IMG/VR virus record: IMGVR_UViG_3300032319_000867
Coordinates: 1 to 60,365 of that record
Origin: a virus
Taxonomy: Duplodnaviria; Caudoviricetes
Reading direction: 5' to 3' (one strand)
Length of the DNA: 60,365 nucleotides
Under the pieces are notes generated by a model. It was not told where the DNA came from, did not search any database, and saw only the letters and a program-made list of their open reading frames with translations. The position numbers and the translations under genes are program-made. Positions 57,059 through 60,365 of the stretch are shown one piece after another; the first letter of the stretch is position 1; each line of letters begins with the position of its first letter.

Positions 57059-58121
57059 GCATGAAGTTAAAGTTGTAAAGATTGAAACTGTTTTACCTCA
57101 CAAAAATAGCGACAATCTAGAACTTGTACAAATCTGGGGTTATCAAGTCGTAGTAAAACGCAATCAGTTTGCGCTTGGCTCCTTAGCCGCATATATTGAA
57201 AGCGACTACAAGGTAAACGTTACTCGAAATGAGTTTCGTTTTCTTGATGATGGGAAGGGTAAGGAATGGCAACGTATTACTATGAGAAGGTTCCGTGGTG
57301 AACCTTCTTATGGATTGCTTATCCCGGCTCCAGAAGGCTCTGTAGAGGGCGATAATGTCATGGAGCTACTTGGAGTCGAACGATATGAACCACCGGCTCC
57401 AAAGGGCTCTGGAATGCCTTCCGGTATCCAAGTTTCTGGGCCTGATATTCCTGTTCCTCATTACGATCTTGAAAACTTTAAGAAGTATCATACCCTTTTT
57501 AATGAAGGAGAGAATGTGATTCTTACCGAAAAAGTTCATGGCACAAATGCTCGTTATGTGTTTCATAACGGTGAAATGTACTGTGGATCAAGAACCACAT
57601 GGAAGATGAAGCCGGGAACTCATGTAAAAGACGTTACATGGACTGATGAAAATGGCATTGAAGTAATCAAAATTATCACAGCTCCAGAATGTGTATGGTG
57701 GAATGTAATAAGCCAAAATCCTTGGATTGAGGAATGGTGCAAGAATCATCCAGATGTAGTTCTATATGGAGAGGTATATGGACCAAATGTTCAAGGTGGT
57801 AATTTCCATTATGGAAAAAATCAAGGCAAGTATGGATTCGCAGTCTTTGATGTACTGGATCATGGTCGTTGGATTGACAATGCTGAGTTATTTGACAATC
57901 CTGTTTATGCTAGTGGTTTACATGAAACTGTAAAAGTTCTTTATCGTGGCCCGCTGGATAGTAAGCTTCTAGAAAAGCTTGCAGAAGAAGATAGTGCTTA
58001 TCCTAATCAGAAAATTAGAGAAGGCATTGTGGTTAAGCTTGATCGTGGAGAACGATACGATTTTCGTCATGGTCGAGTTGCACTAAAATATGTCTCTGAC
58101 AGATATTTGATGAAGAGTTAA
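57051..58121 (+). CDS. ATP-dependent RNA ligase (DRB0094/Rnl2-like) with N-terminal OB-like domain
   Basis: TEKVHGTN (I), YGEVYG (III), FAVFDV (IIIa), REGIVVK (IV), LKYVS (V). Confidence 0.9.
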   Translation: MSKHEVKVVKIETVLPHKNSDNLELVQIWGYQVVVKRNQFALGSLAAYIESDYKVNVTRNEFRFLDDGKGKEWQRITMRRFRGEPSYGLLIPAPEGSVEGDNVMELLGVERYEPPAPKGSGMPSGIQVSGPDIPVPHYDLENFKKYHTLFNEGENVILTEKVHGTNARYVFHNGEMYCGSRTTWKMKPGTHVKDVTWTDENGIEVIKIITAPECVWWNVISQNPWIEEWCKNHPDVVLYGEVYGPNVQGGNFHYGKNQGKYGFAVFDVLDHGRWIDNAELFDNPVYASGLHETVKVLYRGPLDSKLLEKLAEEDSAYPNQKIREGIVVKLDRGERYDFRHGRVALKYVSDRYLMKS

Positions 58122-58124
58122 ATA

Positions 58125-58343
58125 ATGAAAAATCCAAAACCGGGAGATCTAGTAAAAATTGTAGATATGCCAGATCAAAGCCATTTTGAAAAATCTTTGC
58201 GTGGAAAACTGGGAATTGTGATTGAAAACATTACAGCACACAGTTCTCCAAACGTATGGAAAATTTTAATTGGTGACAAATGTTGTAATCTTCACTTGTT
58301 TGATTTTATAATTGTGCAAGAAGCAAAAAAAGGAATAGTTTAA
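58125..58343 (+). CDS. Small hypothetical protein (KOW/SH3-like)
   Basis: KPGDLVKI......GKLGIVI. Confidence 0.5.
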   Translation: MKNPKPGDLVKIVDMPDQSHFEKSLRGKLGIVIENITAHSSPNVWKILIGDKCCNLHLFDFIIVQEAKKGIV

Positions 58344-58564
58344 TGGAAGAACAAAAAGAAGAAAAAGTTTGGGTTGCGTGGAACGAAACAAACGTTGGCC
58401 CTTGGTTTGCTGTACAGTTTCGTGAATTTAATCTAACAGAATTAGAAAACACATTGATCACAGATCAAATGTCTTTGGAAGAACAAGCAGATCAACACAC
58501 AGATGATTGTTCATGGTGGGAAGATTGGCATAATTGTTCATGCGGTGCGTTTGATAATGAATGA
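58343..58564 (+). CDS. Small hypothetical protein
   Basis: AAGGA RBS; H..DC......CSCG. Confidence 0.5.
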   Translation: MEEQKEEKVWVAWNETNVGPWFAVQFREFNLTELENTLITDQMSLEEQADQHTDDCSWWEDWHNCSCGAFDNE

Positions 58565-58568
58565 AAAA

Positions 58569-58597
58569 GAAAAGGGGAGCTTTTAACTCCCCTTTTC
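58569..58597. terminator. Bidirectional terminator
   Basis: gaaaaggggag-N7-ctccccttttc between convergent genes. Confidence 0.85.
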
Positions 58598-58619
58598 AAG
58601 TTTTTCTATTTGATAATTT

Positions 58620-59342
58620 TCATTCTTTACTTGCACGCTTTTTGCCAGCTTTGGCCCAATGAGCCATTTTGGCTTTTCCATATTTCTTGCGACCTATTGA
58701 TGCAGCAATAGCTTTTGCTGATTCTTCGCTTTTGCCTTGATCTTTAAGCTTATCAACAAGTTTTTTGAATCTACCACCTTGACCAAGACGCATTGATTTC
58801 TTTTCTGAAAGATATTCTTCAAGAGATTCATCTTCAGATTCGTCTAGATCTTCTTCATAACCACATTCCATACAAGCAGCTTCGTAAGCTTCACGAACAA
58901 TTGTTTTAAGGCTTTCATCAAGTCTACGTCCCATACCACTACGCTTTGGAAGATTTTCTAAATCTTCATAACCTAAGTCTTTTAAATCTTCTTTAGCTTC
59001 TTTTTCTCGCTTATCTTCATCTTCGAATTTTTTTGATAGTTTTTCAAAATATCTTTCTTCTTCTTCGGCTTCACGTTTACGTTGTTCCATTTCTCTTGGA
59101 TATATTTCTTCAAGGTGAGCAATCATCTCACGAAGTTGATCTTCTGATACATCCTCTGAGGATAGCCAGCGTGGACGAATGTTGTAAAGCTCTTTGTACA
59201 TATCGCTGTATAAACCTATTAGGTCATCTTTCTTGCTAACTTTTTCTACACCTTTAGCTTTCTTATCAAGATCCATAGGGTCAAGATCGTCCATTGCTTC
59301 AGATATATAAGCTTTAAGTTGTTTAACAGTTAGTTTTGCCAT
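58620..59342 (-). CDS. Putative internal head protein
   Basis: MAKLTVKQLKAYISEA; internal LKTIVREA, YLSE; basic C-terminus AIAASIGRKKYG. Confidence 0.6.
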   Translation of the reverse strand: MAKLTVKQLKAYISEAMDDLDPMDLDKKAKGVEKVSKKDDLIGLYSDMYKELYNIRPRWLSSEDVSEDQLREMIAHLEEIYPREMEQRKREAEEEERYFEKLSKKFEDEDKREKEAKEDLKDLGYEDLENLPKRSGMGRRLDESLKTIVREAYEAACMECGYEEDLDESEDESLEEYLSEKKSMRLGQGGRFKKLVDKLKDQGKSEESAKAIAASIGRKKYGKAKMAHWAKAGKKRASKE

Positions 59343-59423
59343 TATAATGATTCCTGATCAAACACTGATAAATACATTTATTTTTTAAATTCTTTCTGAT
59401 AAACTAAAAAAGAAAGGTAAAAG

Positions 59424-59666
59424 ATGTACACACTGATAAAATTCTTAAGCGTTAATCAGGCTGTATTAGAAAAGAATGGAAAAACTTATGTTGCATCATT
59501 TGCAGATGTACAATATTCGGGACCAGAAGTGCTTGTGTTCAAAAGCAACCCAGATGGAGAAATTCTAGATTGGTCAGAAGTTGACGGAGGAAGAGGCTAC
59601 ACAAGCTTGCAACAATTTCTATCAACAGTTCTTCATAACTCAAACTATCCTAGCTATACATCATGA
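59424..59666 (+). CDS. Hypothetical protein
   Basis: AAGGT RBS. Confidence 0.55.
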   Translation: MYTLIKFLSVNQAVLEKNGKTYVASFADVQYSGPEVLVFKSNPDGEILDWSEVDGGRGYTSLQQFLSTVLHNSNYPSYTS

Positions 59667-60211
59667 TGAAAAAGTATAATTCAATCTTTGCGGCAAAAGA
59701 AAAACCTGTTAAAGAGCCAAAGCTAAAAGCAGATAAAAAGCCAAAAAAGAAAATTAAAAAACAAGAAGAGCCAACAAAAAAGCGTGGTCGTCCATCTAAT
59801 GCTGAACTTGCTGCAAAGGCAAAAGAAAAGCAAGATGCTGAAATCGCTTTGCGTAAAGAATTGATTGAAAGACAAAAAGCAGCAAGAACTTCAGTTGCTC
59901 CAACAGTTGAAATGTTTGGATACACAACTCAAGAATATAAATCAGAACTTCCAGAAAAAGTAAAAGATCCAAATTGGATTCCTCCTTGGCCTGTGTTCCT
60001 ACCGGGACAACGTGTTGAATATATTGTTAAACGAAAAGATGGTAAATCTTACAAGGGAACAATTGTTGGTATTGACGACATTCATTCAGCCTTTATTCGT
60101 GTTGCATGGGATGATGGAAGCAGCCAGTTTCATGCCAAGCTAGCTCTTAAACTTATTGAACAAAAAACTTATAAAAGCTTGCTCAAGAAAGGAAAGAAAA
60201 CAATTAAATGA
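59663..60211 (+). CDS. Hypothetical basic protein (AT-hook-like KRGRP + SH3-like C-terminus)
   Basis: KKRGRPS; PGQRV......GTIV.......V.WDDG. Confidence 0.55.
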   Translation: MMKKYNSIFAAKEKPVKEPKLKADKKPKKKIKKQEEPTKKRGRPSNAELAAKAKEKQDAEIALRKELIERQKAARTSVAPTVEMFGYTTQEYKSELPEKVKDPNWIPPWPVFLPGQRVEYIVKRKDGKSYKGTIVGIDDIHSAFIRVAWDDGSSQFHAKLALKLIEQKTYKSLLKKGKKTIK

Positions 60212-60354
60212 GTTTAACACGAAACGATAAACAACAAAATGATTATCTTGCAGCAATCTTAAATGAAGTTAGAGCTTTGAAAGATCAAGTTAAAAATCTT
60301 GAAAAAGAAATCAAAGATCTTAAAAAAGCTATTTCTAATCACACACATCAATAA
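60208..60354 (+). CDS. Small coiled-coil protein (48 aa; not in ORF track)
   Basis: ATGA overlap; heptad pattern. Confidence 0.45.
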   Translation: MSLTRNDKQQNDYLAAILNEVRALKDQVKNLEKEIKDLKKAISNHTHQ

Positions 60355-60365
60355 GTTCAAAAAAA

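Overview
This window is part of an AT-rich, T4-like jumbo (myovirus) phage genome using the standard genetic code. Positions 1-22.8 kb hold a minus-strand virion module: two tail-sheath paralogues, tail-completion and neck proteins, major capsid protein, Pro/Ala-rich scaffold, prohead protease and portal. The rest encodes a GroEL with a class-3 intein, primase, a fused SbcD-SbcC (Mre11-Rad50), UvsE, an intein-containing large terminase, a RadA-like ATPase, a sigma-70 factor that appears split, an RNA ligase, several free-standing GIY-YIG/HNH endonucleases, 8 full-length tRNA genes and at least 6 tRNA fragments. Four patterns stand out. (1) Homing-endonuclease cassettes sit in the 5' end of a gene and supply a recoded replacement 5' end, leaving the old start as a stub (neck gene, RNA ligase); an analogous stub-then-replacement pattern occurs at tRNA-Lys and tRNA-Arg. 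(2) A dispersed set of proteins carries a shared TAnTTA upstream motif and L/I-x-E prohead-protease-type motifs, including a three-nucleotidyltransferase polyprotein, suggesting a virion-delivered enzyme kit. (3) One tRNA has a leucine body but a glutamine (CUG) anticodon. (4) RBS-sequestering hairpins precede two endonuclease genes. All product calls come from motif recognition by eye; no database searches were run.
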